Positions 19,970 through 29,791 of a stretch of 64,000 nt of DNA are shown one piece after another. The DNA comes from an uncultured bacterium. Lineage in GTDB: Bacteria > Planctomycetota > UBA1135 > GCA-002686595. Under the pieces are notes generated by a model. It did not search any database. It was not told where the DNA came from and saw nothing but the letters and a program-made list of their open reading frames with translations. The DNA is taken from positions 320,001 to 384,000 of the forward strand of contig CALSNU010000003.1 of the NCBI GenBank assembly GCA_943787795.1, given 5' to 3'. The stretch's first letter is position 1. Each line of letters starts with the position of its first letter. The position numbers and the translations under genes were made by a program.

Positions 19970-21844
19970 TCATCGCTCCGTCCCCAGTCGCCCCAGCTCC
20001 GCGCGGGCGCGCTCGTCGCCTGGGTCGAGGGCGAGCGCCTGCTGCAGCGCCGCGCGGGCGGCCACGGCGTCTCCGGCGAGGCGTAGAGCTCGGCCCAGGC
20101 CGCGGTGGTATGCGGCTCGTCCCGGCGCGAGGGCTGTGGCCCGGCGGTACTCCTCCGCGGCCTCCTCGAAGGCCTCAGCGCGCAGGAGCACGTTGCCGAG
20201 GTTGGCGCGGGCCACGGGGTTTCTGGGGCCCGCTGCGACCGCCGCCCGCAGCTGCAGCTCGGCCTCCAGGAGGTCTCCCTCCGCCAGCGCGAGCGTGCCG
20301 AGGTTGGTGCGTGGTCTGCTGTAGTCAGGGTCCAGCTGGACCGCTCTCTCGAAGGCGGCGCGCGCCTCGGCGAGCTCCCCCGCCTCGCGCGCCGCGTTGC
20401 CCAGATCATTCCAGACCCGGGGGTCCTCGCTGTGGTCCGGGAGGTGCGCGCTCCAGAACGAGGCGCGCCCCTCGTAGGTGGCGGCCGCACGGGGCGCGGC
20501 GGCCGCGCACACCGCGAGGATCCCGACCTGGACCGCGATCCGAAGGCGCCGGGAGCGCAGGGGAGCGAGGGCCGTGTCTGCCAGAGCGGCGACGCCATAG
20601 CAGCCCAGGAGCAAGGGCTGATAGAGGAAGCGTGGGGCGAAGAGCTCTCCCGCTGGAACGAGCTGCACGAGCGGCGCGATGGCGATCAGTACAGCCCCCA
20701 GGCTCGCGAGGCCGGCGGCGGCTCGGGCTCGCTGGCGGCCGGTCTGGCGTACGGTCTGCCGGGCAAGGGCCATGAAGGCCACCAGGAAGACCGCGATCAG
20801 CGCCAGCGCCCGTGGCCCAGCCCCCGGGCTCAACTCCAGGTCCGCGAGGTGGGCTGAAGGGGGCCAGGCGGCCCAGGGGGTGAGGAACTCCATCAGCCCC
20901 CTCCACCACGCGGCGAGGCCGATCGGCACCCGTTCGAGCAGCGGAAGCGAGGCGAGCGGGGCCGAGGGGGAGGAGGGCAGCGGTGAACCGAGCGCCTGCT
21001 GTCGAAGGGCCGCGACCGCCGCGAGCGCGATGAGCCCGCCGGCGAGCGCTCCGAGTCCCCCGCGGCCTCCTGCGCAGCGGGCAGCCACCAGGGCGAGCAC
21101 GGGCACGAGGACGACGCCGTCCTCCTTGCCGAGGAGCGCGACGCTGCAGGCCGTGAAGGCGAGTACGGCGCCGCCGAGGCCTGGCGCGCGGGACGTCCGT
21201 GCGAGGAAGGTGGCGCCGAGGAGGCCGAGGCCTGCGCCGAGAGCGGAGACCAGTGAGGTCCGCCCGGAGACCCACGCGACCACGTCCGCGCAGGCGGGGT
21301 GCAGCGCGAGGAGACCGAGCCCGATCCACGGGATCGGGAGTCCATGGGCACGATCGAGGCGGATCAGCGCGGCGCCCAGGAGCAGGATCACGAGGGCGTG
21401 CAGGACCACGTTGGTCTCGCGGAACGCTCCCCAGTCGGGCTCGGCGCCGGAGCGGCTCGCCGGTGCCGCGCCGGACCGCTCCCCGGCGGGCGGGCCCGAG
21501 CGGGACTGATCCCAGCGGAGGAGCAGCGAGGCCAGGGGGCGGAAGTGGCCGGCATCCTCGAGGTGGTGCCAGTAGTCCCGCTCGAAGGCGGCGACGGCCG
21601 GCAGCGAGCCCTCGACCACGGGGTTACCGATCACCGCCTCCCGGTCGTCGAAGGAGGGGCCAGGAGCCTCCGGGATCGATGCGGGGCCCCAGATCACGAG
21701 GGTCACCAGGAGCAGGCACGCGAGCCCCAGCCAGCTCCGGCGGAGGGCACCCTGAGCCGGGGGAGTCGACCCCTCCGACGTCACCCCGAGCGCGCCGCCG
21801 GAGGGCGGGCCATGGGTCAGGGGGGGGGAGCTAGGTGCGGACAC
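19970..21844 (-). CDS. TMTC-like GT-C membrane glycosyltransferase with C-terminal TPRs
   Basis: SFDDREAVIGNP after TM1, HFRPLAS, N-x-x-LH, LHPACADVVAWVSGR, LLGKEDG, APRFLYQP, then TPRs (WNDLGN, RTNLG, ANLGNVLL). Confidence 0.82.
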   Translation of the reverse strand: MSAPSSPPLTHGPPSGGALGVTSEGSTPPAQGALRRSWLGLACLLLVTLVIWGPASIPEAPGPSFDDREAVIGNPVVEGSLPAVAAFERDYWHHLEDAGHFRPLASLLLRWDQSRSGPPAGERSGAAPASRSGAEPDWGAFRETNVVLHALVILLLGAALIRLDRAHGLPIPWIGLGLLALHPACADVVAWVSGRTSLVSALGAGLGLLGATFLARTSRAPGLGGAVLAFTACSVALLGKEDGVVLVPVLALVAARCAGGRGGLGALAGGLIALAAVAALRQQALGSPLPSSPSAPLASLPLLERVPIGLAAWWRGLMEFLTPWAAWPPSAHLADLELSPGAGPRALALIAVFLVAFMALARQTVRQTGRQRARAAAGLASLGAVLIAIAPLVQLVPAGELFAPRFLYQPLLLGCYGVAALADTALAPLRSRRLRIAVQVGILAVCAAAAPRAAATYEGRASFWSAHLPDHSEDPRVWNDLGNAAREAGELAEARAAFERAVQLDPDYSRPRTNLGTLALAEGDLLEAELQLRAAVAAGPRNPVARANLGNVLLRAEAFEEAAEEYRRATALAPGRAAYHRGLGRALRLAGDAVAARAALQQALALDPGDERARAELGRLGTER

Positions 21845-21900
21845 GCGACCTGGATGGTAGCGACGGGAACGGGCGGCGCTGATTCCGTACCCTCGGACCC

Positions 21901-23739
21901 ATGGTTCGGATCCTCGCCGCTCTCCTCATCGCCTACCTGGTGGTCCGCACCCTGATGGTGCTGGCGCTGGGGGACGTGTTCTTCTACGGCGAGGAGATGG
22001 AGAAGGGAGCGGTGTCCTTGGGGCTCCTGGGGGGGACGGACGTGGCCCTGGCGCGGCTGCCTTACCACCCCTACGAGGGGGGCGGGTTCGTGGCGAGCTG
22101 GTTCAAGCTGCCCTTCTTCTGGGTCCTCGGCCCCTGCGTCCTCGCCCACAAGGCGGCTGCGATCACCTGGGGCCTGCTGATCCTCGGCGTGACTGTGGGG
22201 TTCGTCGGCCGGCATGCCGGCCGAGGAGCGGCGTGCCTCGCGGCGGCGCTGTTCACCTTCGGCCCGGCGCACTTCCAGCGCGAGTCGCTGCTCCATCTGG
22301 GAATCCACTTCGAGAGCCTCCTCTGGATGGCGCTCATCTTCGACCTCGGGCTGCGGCTGGCCGCGGTCCCGCCGGGGCGCGCCGCCCCCAGGGGCGTCCT
22401 CGTCGGGCTTGGACTCGCCTCGGGGTTCGGCACCTACTTCAGCTACCAGGTGCCCTTCGCTGTCCTTGCGGTGATTGGCCTGCTGGCGTGGACCGATTGG
22501 CGCCGGATCTTCTCGCCCGCGCTCGTCCTCTCGACGCTCGCGGGCCTGCTGCCGCTCGCCTGGATGGCCCTCTCGGTGGGGGCCGAGGTCGTGGACATTC
22601 ACGGCGCACCGGTCGGCGAGGAGGGCGGAGCCGCCCGGCTCATCGGCGCCCTCGGGGTGGGCCTGAGCTCCACCCTGTCGAGGGGCGGCGCGGCGCTGGG
22701 GATTCTCGCCGCCGTCGCGGGGCTGATCGCGGTACCGCCGGGGCGCGACCGGGCCCGGGCGCTCGGCCTGCTCTTCGGGTTCGCGCTGCTCTGGATGCTC
22801 GTGGCCACCCTGACCGGCATGGTCCCCGGAATGACGGCCGAGGGGCACTGGTATCGATTCGTCCGCTTCGCGCCGCTGGTGTACACCGGCCTGCTCCTGG
22901 TGGCGATGTCGGCGGGGCCCGCGCTGCGCCTGGGGCTCGGGGACGGGACCGGGCACCTGCTGGCGCGCCTCGCTGCGGCCGGCCTCCTTGGCCTCGGCCT
23001 GGTGCACTCCGCGCGGATCATCGCGGCCGGGGACCTGGGGAGCGCCAGCCAGAACGTCACGGCGCTGCTCGGGACGAGCGGAGTCGAGCTGCGCGGCGCC
23101 TTCGTGAAGCTGGTCCCGCGGCTCGAGGATCCCGATGAGCCGGACCCCGCGCTGCGGGCGGCCCGCGCGGCAGCTCAGCTCGCTGGACTCCAGGACCCTC
23201 GCGCGGACCTGCTGTCCTCGGAGCTGGCCGCCGCAGCGGCGCAGCAGGCCGTGGGTGCCTCGTCAGGGGCGCTCCTCGAGGCCCTCGTCAGCGAGTTTCC
23301 CGAAGGGCATTCGCGAGAGGCGCTCGAGCTTGGCCTCGGGCCAGCGATCCTCCGTGAGCACGGAGGAGATCCCCGCCGCGCCCTGGAGAGCGAGGGGATG
23401 TCGCCGGTCTCGGCGGAGGCGCTCGGCCGGTTTGGGACGGGCCAGTGGGTCAGTTATCCGAGCTTCGTCTCGGTCGAGGTGGAGCAGGTGGCCGGCGCGC
23501 CGCACGAGGCCGCGTTCCTCCGGGGCCTTGGTCGGCGGATCCACCGCTGCTCCGTGCTTCAGCCCTATTGGGGGACCCTGCTGCAGGTCCCTCTGGTGCT
23601 CCGCCCGGCCACGGCGCGGCTTCGATTGGCGGAGGTCCTCGACAGCACGAGCGCCTCCGAGCTCGCCCGAGCGGCGGTCCTGGAAGGGTTCGACCGGGCC
23701 GAGGGAGACTTCCGCGTCCCGGCGACTACACTGCGCTGA
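21901..23739 (+). CDS. Polytopic membrane protein, probable GT-C (PMT_2/ArnT-like) glycosyltransferase
   Basis: TM1 followed by acidic FFYGEE, YHPY loop, PFFWVLGP, LAAALFTFGP, about 10 or more hydrophobic helices, soluble C-terminal domain. Confidence 0.65.
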   Translation: MVRILAALLIAYLVVRTLMVLALGDVFFYGEEMEKGAVSLGLLGGTDVALARLPYHPYEGGGFVASWFKLPFFWVLGPCVLAHKAAAITWGLLILGVTVGFVGRHAGRGAACLAAALFTFGPAHFQRESLLHLGIHFESLLWMALIFDLGLRLAAVPPGRAAPRGVLVGLGLASGFGTYFSYQVPFAVLAVIGLLAWTDWRRIFSPALVLSTLAGLLPLAWMALSVGAEVVDIHGAPVGEEGGAARLIGALGVGLSSTLSRGGAALGILAAVAGLIAVPPGRDRARALGLLFGFALLWMLVATLTGMVPGMTAEGHWYRFVRFAPLVYTGLLLVAMSAGPALRLGLGDGTGHLLARLAAAGLLGLGLVHSARIIAAGDLGSASQNVTALLGTSGVELRGAFVKLVPRLEDPDEPDPALRAARAAAQLAGLQDPRADLLSSELAAAAAQQAVGASSGALLEALVSEFPEGHSREALELGLGPAILREHGGDPRRALESEGMSPVSAEALGRFGTGQWVSYPSFVSVEVEQVAGAPHEAAFLRGLGRRIHRCSVLQPYWGTLLQVPLVLRPATARLRLAEVLDSTSASELARAAVLEGFDRAEGDFRVPATTLR

Positions 23740-24083
23740 TGAGCGCGAAGCGTGGCACCAAAGGACCGGACAAGGCTCCGGCTTCGTTCGACGAGAGCCT
23801 TGAGCGCCTCGAGGAGGTGGTCGGGCAACTCGAGGAGGGCGGCCTGGGACTCGAGGAGTCTCTCGATCGTTACAAGGAGGGGGTCGGGCTCCTGAAGGGC
23901 TGCCGGGAGCGCCTCGCGTCGTTCCGGGCCCAGGTCGAGGAGCTCACGGCCGAGGGGATCATCGATCACGATGGGGACCCTGACGCTGGAGATCCAGCAG
24001 ATGGCGAGACGACGGCCGACGAGGCGGGCGACTCCGGCCCTCCCGGCGCGGGGAGCCTCAGCGGTCTTGACACTCCCTTCTGA
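23739..24083 (+). CDS. xseB: Exodeoxyribonuclease VII small subunit
   Basis: SFDESLERLEEVVGQLEEGGLGLEESLDRYKEGVGL. TGATG overlap with the upstream gene. Confidence 0.93.
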   Translation: MSAKRGTKGPDKAPASFDESLERLEEVVGQLEEGGLGLEESLDRYKEGVGLLKGCRERLASFRAQVEELTAEGIIDHDGDPDAGDPADGETTADEAGDSGPPGAGSLSGLDTPF

Positions 24084-24096
24084 CCCCGGCGCTGCC

Positions 24097-24990
24097 TTGG
24101 ATTCGAGCACGAACGGCGGTGACCTCGAGGTCGGCGGCCGCTGGCTGGAGGACTCCCGTCGATGGTTCGAGGGGGCGCTGGAACGCTTCCTCCCGCACAC
24201 GGATCTCGGGCCGCCCGCGCTCGCGGAGGCCGTCAAGTACGCCTTGCTGGGCGGCGGCAAGCGCGTCCGCCCTGCGATCGTGCGCCTGCTGGGCGGCGCC
24301 GGGGCCGACCCTGCGGCCCTCGAGGCTGCGGCGGTCGCGGTGGAGTGCATTCACACCTACAGCCTCGTGCACGATGACCTTCCGTGCATGGACGACGACG
24401 ACCTTCGCAGGGGCCGCCCGACGGTCCACAAGGCCTACTCCGAGGCGACCGCAGTGCTTGTGGGGGACGCACTCCAGGCCCTCGCCTTCGAGGCCTGCGG
24501 TGGCGCTTCACGTGGCGCCGCGGCGATGACCGTGGCCCTGGCGCGGGCGGGCGGCGGCGCGGGGATGGTCGGCGGGCAGATCCTGGACCTTGAGGGGGAG
24601 GGGCAGGACCTCGACCTCGCCAGCGTTCAGGAGGTCCACCGGACCAAGACTGCCGCGCTCCTTGGCGCCAGCGCCGAGCTGGGAGCCTTGGCGGGCGGAG
24701 CCGAGGGGGCACGGGTCGCCGAGGCGCGTCAGTTCGGGCTCGCCCTGGGAATGTGCTTCCAGGCCATGGACGATGTGCTGGACGTCACCGGGGACGCCGC
24801 GACCCTTGGGAAGACTCCCGGGAAGGACGTTGGGGCCCACAAGGGCACCCTGGTGGCCGCTGTGGGCCTGGATGCGGCGAGACTCGAGGCGGCTCAGCGT
24901 GCGTCTGAAGCCCGGAGTCACGCGAATACCCTCGGCCTTGGCCCGGTGGGGCTGGGTCTCATCGAGCTCCTGCTTCGCCGGAAGTCGTGA
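24097..24990 (+). CDS. ispA: Polyprenyl (farnesyl/geranylgeranyl) diphosphate synthase
   Basis: GGKRVRP, IHTYSLVHDDLPCMDDDDLRRG, GMVGGQ, KTAALL, FQAMDDVLD, GKTPGKD. Start (TTG) estimated. Confidence 0.94.
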   Translation: MDSSTNGGDLEVGGRWLEDSRRWFEGALERFLPHTDLGPPALAEAVKYALLGGGKRVRPAIVRLLGGAGADPAALEAAAVAVECIHTYSLVHDDLPCMDDDDLRRGRPTVHKAYSEATAVLVGDALQALAFEACGGASRGAAAMTVALARAGGGAGMVGGQILDLEGEGQDLDLASVQEVHRTKTAALLGASAELGALAGGAEGARVAEARQFGLALGMCFQAMDDVLDVTGDAATLGKTPGKDVGAHKGTLVAAVGLDAARLEAAQRASEARSHANTLGLGPVGLGLIELLLRRKS

Positions 24991-25060
24991 TGGCCCCTGC
25001 TTTCGCGGCCCCGCGAGTCCTAGGCTAGAGCACCGAGACCCCGTTGACGCGAGATCGGAC

Positions 25061-27025
25061 ATGACGAACCTGGACGGAACCACCGAAGAGACCCGCTTGG
25101 AAGACCCCGCGGCCGAGTCAATTTTGGATGGGATCGAGGGCCCCGCTGACGTCAAGGCGTTGGACCGCGACCAGCTTCCCCAGCTTTGCGGGGAGGTGCG
25201 CGAGTTCCTCCTCGAGAGCGTGCAGCGCACGGGCGGCCACCTGGGGTCCAACCTGGGCGTCGTGGAGCTGACCACCGCCCTCCACCGGGTCTTCGACTTC
25301 AAGCGGGATCGGATCGTCTGGGACGTCTCCCACCAGGCCTACCCGCACAAGATCCTCACCGGTCGCAAGGACCGCTTCGACACGCTCCGGCGGACCGACG
25401 GGCTCTGCGGCTTCACCCATCCGGATGAATCGCCCTACGACCTGTTCCACACGGGCCACGCGGGCACAAGCATCAGCCTGGGGGTCGGGCTCGCCGCGGG
25501 CATGGCGCTTGAGCCGGACCCTCCGCACGTGGTGAGCGTGATCGGGGACGCCTCCCTCGGGGCAGGGGTCGCCTTCGAGGCCCTGAACCACGGGGGCGCC
25601 AGCCGGCCCAAGATGCTCGTCGTCCTCAACGACAACGAGTGGTCGATCTCCAGGTCAGTGGGTTCGCTCTCCAAGTACCTGACGAAGATCCGCGGGAGCC
25701 GGCTCGTACAGCGCGCCGGTCAGGAGACCAAGAGCCTGGTCCAGGCGATTCCGCTGATCGGCCGGCGGGTCGACAAGGCGCTCGACGACATGGGCGAGGT
25801 CCTGCGCCACGTCTTCGTGCCGGGGCACGTGTTCGAGGAGCTTGGCGTGCGCTACGTCGGGCCCATCGACGGCCACAACGTGAACAACCTTGTGGACGTG
25901 CTCGAGAAGGTCCGCGCCCTCGACGGGGTCGTCCTCTTGCACGTGCTGACGGAGAAGGGCAAGGGGCACCCCGACGGCCCGAACCACCCCGAGCGCGTCC
26001 ACGCCGTGGCCGCGCCCAAGCCCCCGGGCAAGCTCGAGCCACCCGCCGACGCGGCGCCCGAGGCGCCGGCCTTCACCAAGGTCTTCGCGCGCTCGCTCAT
26101 CGATCACGCCCGCCGGGACCTCCGCGTGCACGCTATCTCGGCGGCGATGCCCTCGGGCACGGGCCTCGACCGGTTCGCGGAGACGTACCCCTCCAGGTTC
26201 CACGACACGGGGATCTGCGAGCAGCACGCCATCGCCATGGCCGCCGGCATGGCCAAGGCCGGCCTGCGACCCGTCGCCGCCATCTACTCGACCTTCCTGC
26301 AGCGCGGGTTCGACCAGGTCTTCCAGGAGGTCGCGCTCCAGAACCTCCCCGTGGTCTTCGCGCTCGACCGGGCGGGTCCCGTGGGTCAAGACGGGCCTAC
26401 TCACAACGGCGTCTTCGATATCGCGTACCTGCGCACCCTGCCCAACATGGTGCTTGCGGCGCCACGGGACGGGACAGACGTGGACCGGGTGCTGGGCCTC
26501 GCGCTCAAGCACGACGGCCCCCTGGCCATGCGCTTCCCCCGGGGCAAGGTGCCCGCCCACGAGGAGGTCGCGGCCCAGGAGCGCGAGCCCATGGCCGTGG
26601 GCCGTGCAGAGGTCCTGCGCGACGGCGAGGAAGGCGGCGTGGTCCTCTGGGCCTACGGCGTGATGGTCTCCACGGCGCTCGAGGTCGCCCAGGCGCTGGC
26701 CGAGAGGGGCGTCAAGGTCGGAGTGGTGGACGCTCGCTTCGCGAAGCCCATCGACGAGGACCTCCTCGCCAACCACCTGGCCCGGTTCCGCCATGTGCTG
26801 ACCCTCGAGGATCACCAGCGCGCGGGAGGCTTCGGCTCTGCGGTGTTGGAGTCCGCCTCGCGGATCCGGGTGGACGGTCGCGCGGCGTCGGTGCGGGTCT
26901 TCGGAATCCCGGACCGGTACGTGGATCACATGACCACCCGCGAGGAACAGCTGGCCTCTGCGGGGCTTGACGCCCCGTCGGTCACCCGTGTGGTGACGCA
27001 GCTCCTCGGCAAGGTCACCGCCTGA
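25061..27025 (+). CDS. dxs: 1-deoxy-D-xylulose-5-phosphate synthase
   Basis: GGHLGSNLG, WDVSHQAYPHKILTGR, GHAGTSIS, IGDAS...LNDN, GICEQHA, IYSTFLQR, DGPTH. Confidence 0.97.
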   Translation: MTNLDGTTEETRLEDPAAESILDGIEGPADVKALDRDQLPQLCGEVREFLLESVQRTGGHLGSNLGVVELTTALHRVFDFKRDRIVWDVSHQAYPHKILTGRKDRFDTLRRTDGLCGFTHPDESPYDLFHTGHAGTSISLGVGLAAGMALEPDPPHVVSVIGDASLGAGVAFEALNHGGASRPKMLVVLNDNEWSISRSVGSLSKYLTKIRGSRLVQRAGQETKSLVQAIPLIGRRVDKALDDMGEVLRHVFVPGHVFEELGVRYVGPIDGHNVNNLVDVLEKVRALDGVVLLHVLTEKGKGHPDGPNHPERVHAVAAPKPPGKLEPPADAAPEAPAFTKVFARSLIDHARRDLRVHAISAAMPSGTGLDRFAETYPSRFHDTGICEQHAIAMAAGMAKAGLRPVAAIYSTFLQRGFDQVFQEVALQNLPVVFALDRAGPVGQDGPTHNGVFDIAYLRTLPNMVLAAPRDGTDVDRVLGLALKHDGPLAMRFPRGKVPAHEEVAAQEREPMAVGRAEVLRDGEEGGVVLWAYGVMVSTALEVAQALAERGVKVGVVDARFAKPIDEDLLANHLARFRHVLTLEDHQRAGGFGSAVLESASRIRVDGRAASVRVFGIPDRYVDHMTTREEQLASAGLDAPSVTRVVTQLLGKVTA

Positions 27026-27034
27026 GGGCGGCGC

Positions 27035-28018
27035 TTGGAATTGTCGGACCACCGCGACAGCAGCCAGTCGACCGAGGGCGCCCACGCTCCGGTGGGGGCG
27101 CCTTCAGGTGCGCGGCCCGGGAGCGGGCGGTTCGAGCCGGCGGGGGGCAAGATCGGCTCGGTGCTGCTGCTCGCAGACGGTCAGAAGACTCGGGTTCAGG
27201 AGGCCCTCGGTGAGGTCGAGTCCTTCCTGGCGAGCCGCGGGGTGACGGTCGCGGTCCACCCGGACGTGCGGGCGCTCCGGGCCAGCGGTGAGGCGCTGGC
27301 GGGTGAGGACGTGGACCTTGTGGTGGTGCTTGGCGGCGACGGCAGCGTCCTGACCGCAGCCCACGCGTTCCATGCCCGTCCCGTGCCGACCATCGGGATC
27401 AACTTCGGGCGGGTGGGCTTCCTCGCCTCTCTTGAGGTCTCGGCCTGGCGCGAGGGGCTCGTCGAGGTCTTCGAGGGGCGGGCCGTGGTGGAGCACCGCA
27501 TGCGACTCGAGGCGCGCATTCGACGCGCTGGTGAGCTGGAGCCCCGGGTGATGTGCGCCATGAACGACGTGGTGATCTCTCGCGGCGAGGCGCCGAAGAT
27601 GGCCGCCTTCCGCCTCTCCTCGGCGGGGCGTGACGTGTCCAGCTATCGCGCGGACGGCCTCATCTGCTCCACGCCGAGCGGGTCGACGGCGTACTCGCTC
27701 GCCGCGGGCGGTCCCATCCTCGACCCCGCGCTCGGGGCGATGGTGGTGACGCCGATCTCGGCCCACGCCCTGGCCATGCGCCCGCTCGTCCTTGATCCCA
27801 GCGCGGAGCTTGAGGTCGCCGTCATCGATTCCCCGAGCCCGGTGTCCCTTGACGTGGACGGGCGGCGTGAGGCGTCGCTCTCGTCTGGAGATGCCGTCCT
27901 CCTCGGCGCAGCGAAGGAGCCCTATCCGCTGCTGACGATCCCGTCGTTCGACCCTTGGCAGCGCCTCCGCGACCGCCTCGGCTGGGCCGGGCGACTCGAC
28001 GAGCGCGTCGAGGACTAG
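27035..28018 (+). CDS. nadK: NAD(+) kinase
   Basis: LGGDGSVL, GINFGRVGFL, MNDVVI, DGLICSTPSGSTAYSLAAGGP. Confidence 0.95.
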   Translation: MELSDHRDSSQSTEGAHAPVGAPSGARPGSGRFEPAGGKIGSVLLLADGQKTRVQEALGEVESFLASRGVTVAVHPDVRALRASGEALAGEDVDLVVVLGGDGSVLTAAHAFHARPVPTIGINFGRVGFLASLEVSAWREGLVEVFEGRAVVEHRMRLEARIRRAGELEPRVMCAMNDVVISRGEAPKMAAFRLSSAGRDVSSYRADGLICSTPSGSTAYSLAAGGPILDPALGAMVVTPISAHALAMRPLVLDPSAELEVAVIDSPSPVSLDVDGRREASLSSGDAVLLGAAKEPYPLLTIPSFDPWQRLRDRLGWAGRLDERVED

Positions 28019-28025
28019 GCGCCGC

Positions 28026-29033
28026 TCAGTTCGGCTCGTCCGAGTCCTTGAGCCACTCGAGGCGCCGGACGCCCTTGCGGGCCATGTACCAGAACCCGAG
28101 CACGCCGAGGGCGAACGTCGCGCTGGAGAAGGCGACCAGCCGCGGACTCTGGGGGATGATGACCACGGCGGCGACGAACTGGATGAGGATCGAGCCGTAG
28201 AGCAGCCTCGCGACAAAGAGCCGGCTGCGAGAGCGAATGAACCAGGCGCCGAAGGGGGCTCCGACCACGACGATGGGCACGCAGACCCACCAGAAGTTCC
28301 ACGCCTCGGGCGCGAGCTCCCCCTGCACCGCGCCACGGTACAGCGCGCCGACCACCGCGTTACCAGCCATCAGGACGACGGAGGTCGGTGTGGCGATCAC
28401 CTCGGAGATCCTGAGGCGCAGCACGAGCAGGGAGAAGGTCACGATGTCCAGGCCGCTGCCGGTCACCGAGCTGATGACTCCACCGACGACCCCGAACCCG
28501 ATCAGGAGCAGCGCGTGCCGCGGGAGGAACCGCTCGATCCGCCTATGGACCTCCCGGTCGCGATAGCGGTTGATCCAGTAGAGGGCGACGGCGAAGGCGA
28601 GCCAGGACGCCGTGAACAGCATCTTGGCGTAGGCGGGCTGCAGCCTGGGCGCGACGAACTCGAGGCCGAAGATGACTCCCATGGCGCCACCCAGGGTCGA
28701 CCAGATGAGCGCAGGGACGACCACGGGCGTCCGGGTCCACAGGATCGTGAAGGACGCAGCGGTCATGCCCACGGCCTGGATCATCAGCGAGAAGTCCCTC
28801 GCGATGCTCGGGGGGATCTTGAACCCCAGGGTCATGACCGGGAAGGCGACCGCGCCGCCGCCTTCGCTGGTGGCCCCGGCGATGAACGAGCCGACGGCCA
28901 TGGTGAGGCTCATGAACCAGTTCTCGGCGAACAGCCCAAAGCGGTCGCCCTGGACCATCAGCGTCAGCCAGAGGGTCCACACCAGGGCGACCGTGACCCC
29001 GATGGACACGGTGGCGTTTCGCGTGCGCGGCAT
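28026..29033 (-). CDS. Sulfite exporter TauE/SafE family membrane protein
   Basis: GSFIAGATSEGGGAVAFPV, GSGLD, TPTSVVLM, PIVVVGAPFG, multiple TM helices. Confidence 0.82.
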   Translation of the reverse strand: MPRTRNATVSIGVTVALVWTLWLTLMVQGDRFGLFAENWFMSLTMAVGSFIAGATSEGGGAVAFPVMTLGFKIPPSIARDFSLMIQAVGMTAASFTILWTRTPVVVPALIWSTLGGAMGVIFGLEFVAPRLQPAYAKMLFTASWLAFAVALYWINRYRDREVHRRIERFLPRHALLLIGFGVVGGVISSVTGSGLDIVTFSLLVLRLRISEVIATPTSVVLMAGNAVVGALYRGAVQGELAPEAWNFWWVCVPIVVVGAPFGAWFIRSRSRLFVARLLYGSILIQFVAAVVIIPQSPRLVAFSSATFALGVLGFWYMARKGVRRLEWLKDSDEPN

Positions 29034-29044
29034 GGGGCGAAGGG

Positions 29045-29791
29045 TCAGGTGGGGATCGGGGCGGAGGAGTCCGCCTGAATGAGGCCGTCTTCCATGTAGA
29101 GGACGCGCTCGCAGCGCTTTGCCAGCCGCTCATCGTGGGTCACGAGCATCAGCGCCACGCCGCGTGCCGACTGCTCGTCGAGCAGGATCTCGAGCACCTT
29201 CTCTCCGGTCCCGCGGTCGAGGTTGCCCGTGGGCTCGTCGGCGATCAGGATCGGCGGGTCCAGAAGGAGCGCCCGGGCGATCGCGATGCGCTGTTGCTCA
29301 CCGCCAGAGAGCTGCGCGGGCCGATGCCCGAGGCGGTCGGCGAGGCCGAAGCGCGTCAGCATGGTGGTGGCGCGGTCGAGGAACTCGGCCCGGTTGGAGC
29401 GGAACGCACGCCGGCTGAGCTTGATCATGGCCGGCAGCACGGCGTTCTCCAGGGCGGAGAGCTCGGGCAGCAGATGATAGAACTGGAAGACGAAGCCGAT
29501 CTTCTGGTTGCGCAGGTTGGCGCGACGCTTGGGGCTCAGGCTCCAGGCGTCCTCGCCGGCGACGCGGACCGAGCCCTCGGTGGGGCGGTCCAGCAGACCC
29601 AGGATATGGAGCAGGGTGGTCTTGCCGGCGCCGGATGTGCCCATGAGCGCGAGTCGCTCCCCGGCGCGGAGCTCGAGGTTGATGCCGTGCAGGATCTCCA
29701 GCCGCCGCTCGCCCACGGGGAATGAGCGGCGCACGCCCGCGCAGGAGAGGACGGCGTCGGCGGAGAGCGGGTGTTGGGTGGGGTCGCTCAT
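29045..29791 (-). CDS. lolD: Lipoprotein-releasing ABC transporter ATP-binding protein
   Basis: GTSGAGKTT Walker A, GFVFQFYHLL, LSGGEQQR, ADEPTGNLD, VTHD. Coupled to the lolC/E-like permease. Confidence 0.88.
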   Translation of the reverse strand: MSDPTQHPLSADAVLSCAGVRRSFPVGERRLEILHGINLELRAGERLALMGTSGAGKTTLLHILGLLDRPTEGSVRVAGEDAWSLSPKRRANLRNQKIGFVFQFYHLLPELSALENAVLPAMIKLSRRAFRSNRAEFLDRATTMLTRFGLADRLGHRPAQLSGGEQQRIAIARALLLDPPILIADEPTGNLDRGTGEKVLEILLDEQSARGVALMLVTHDERLAKRCERVLYMEDGLIQADSSAPIPT

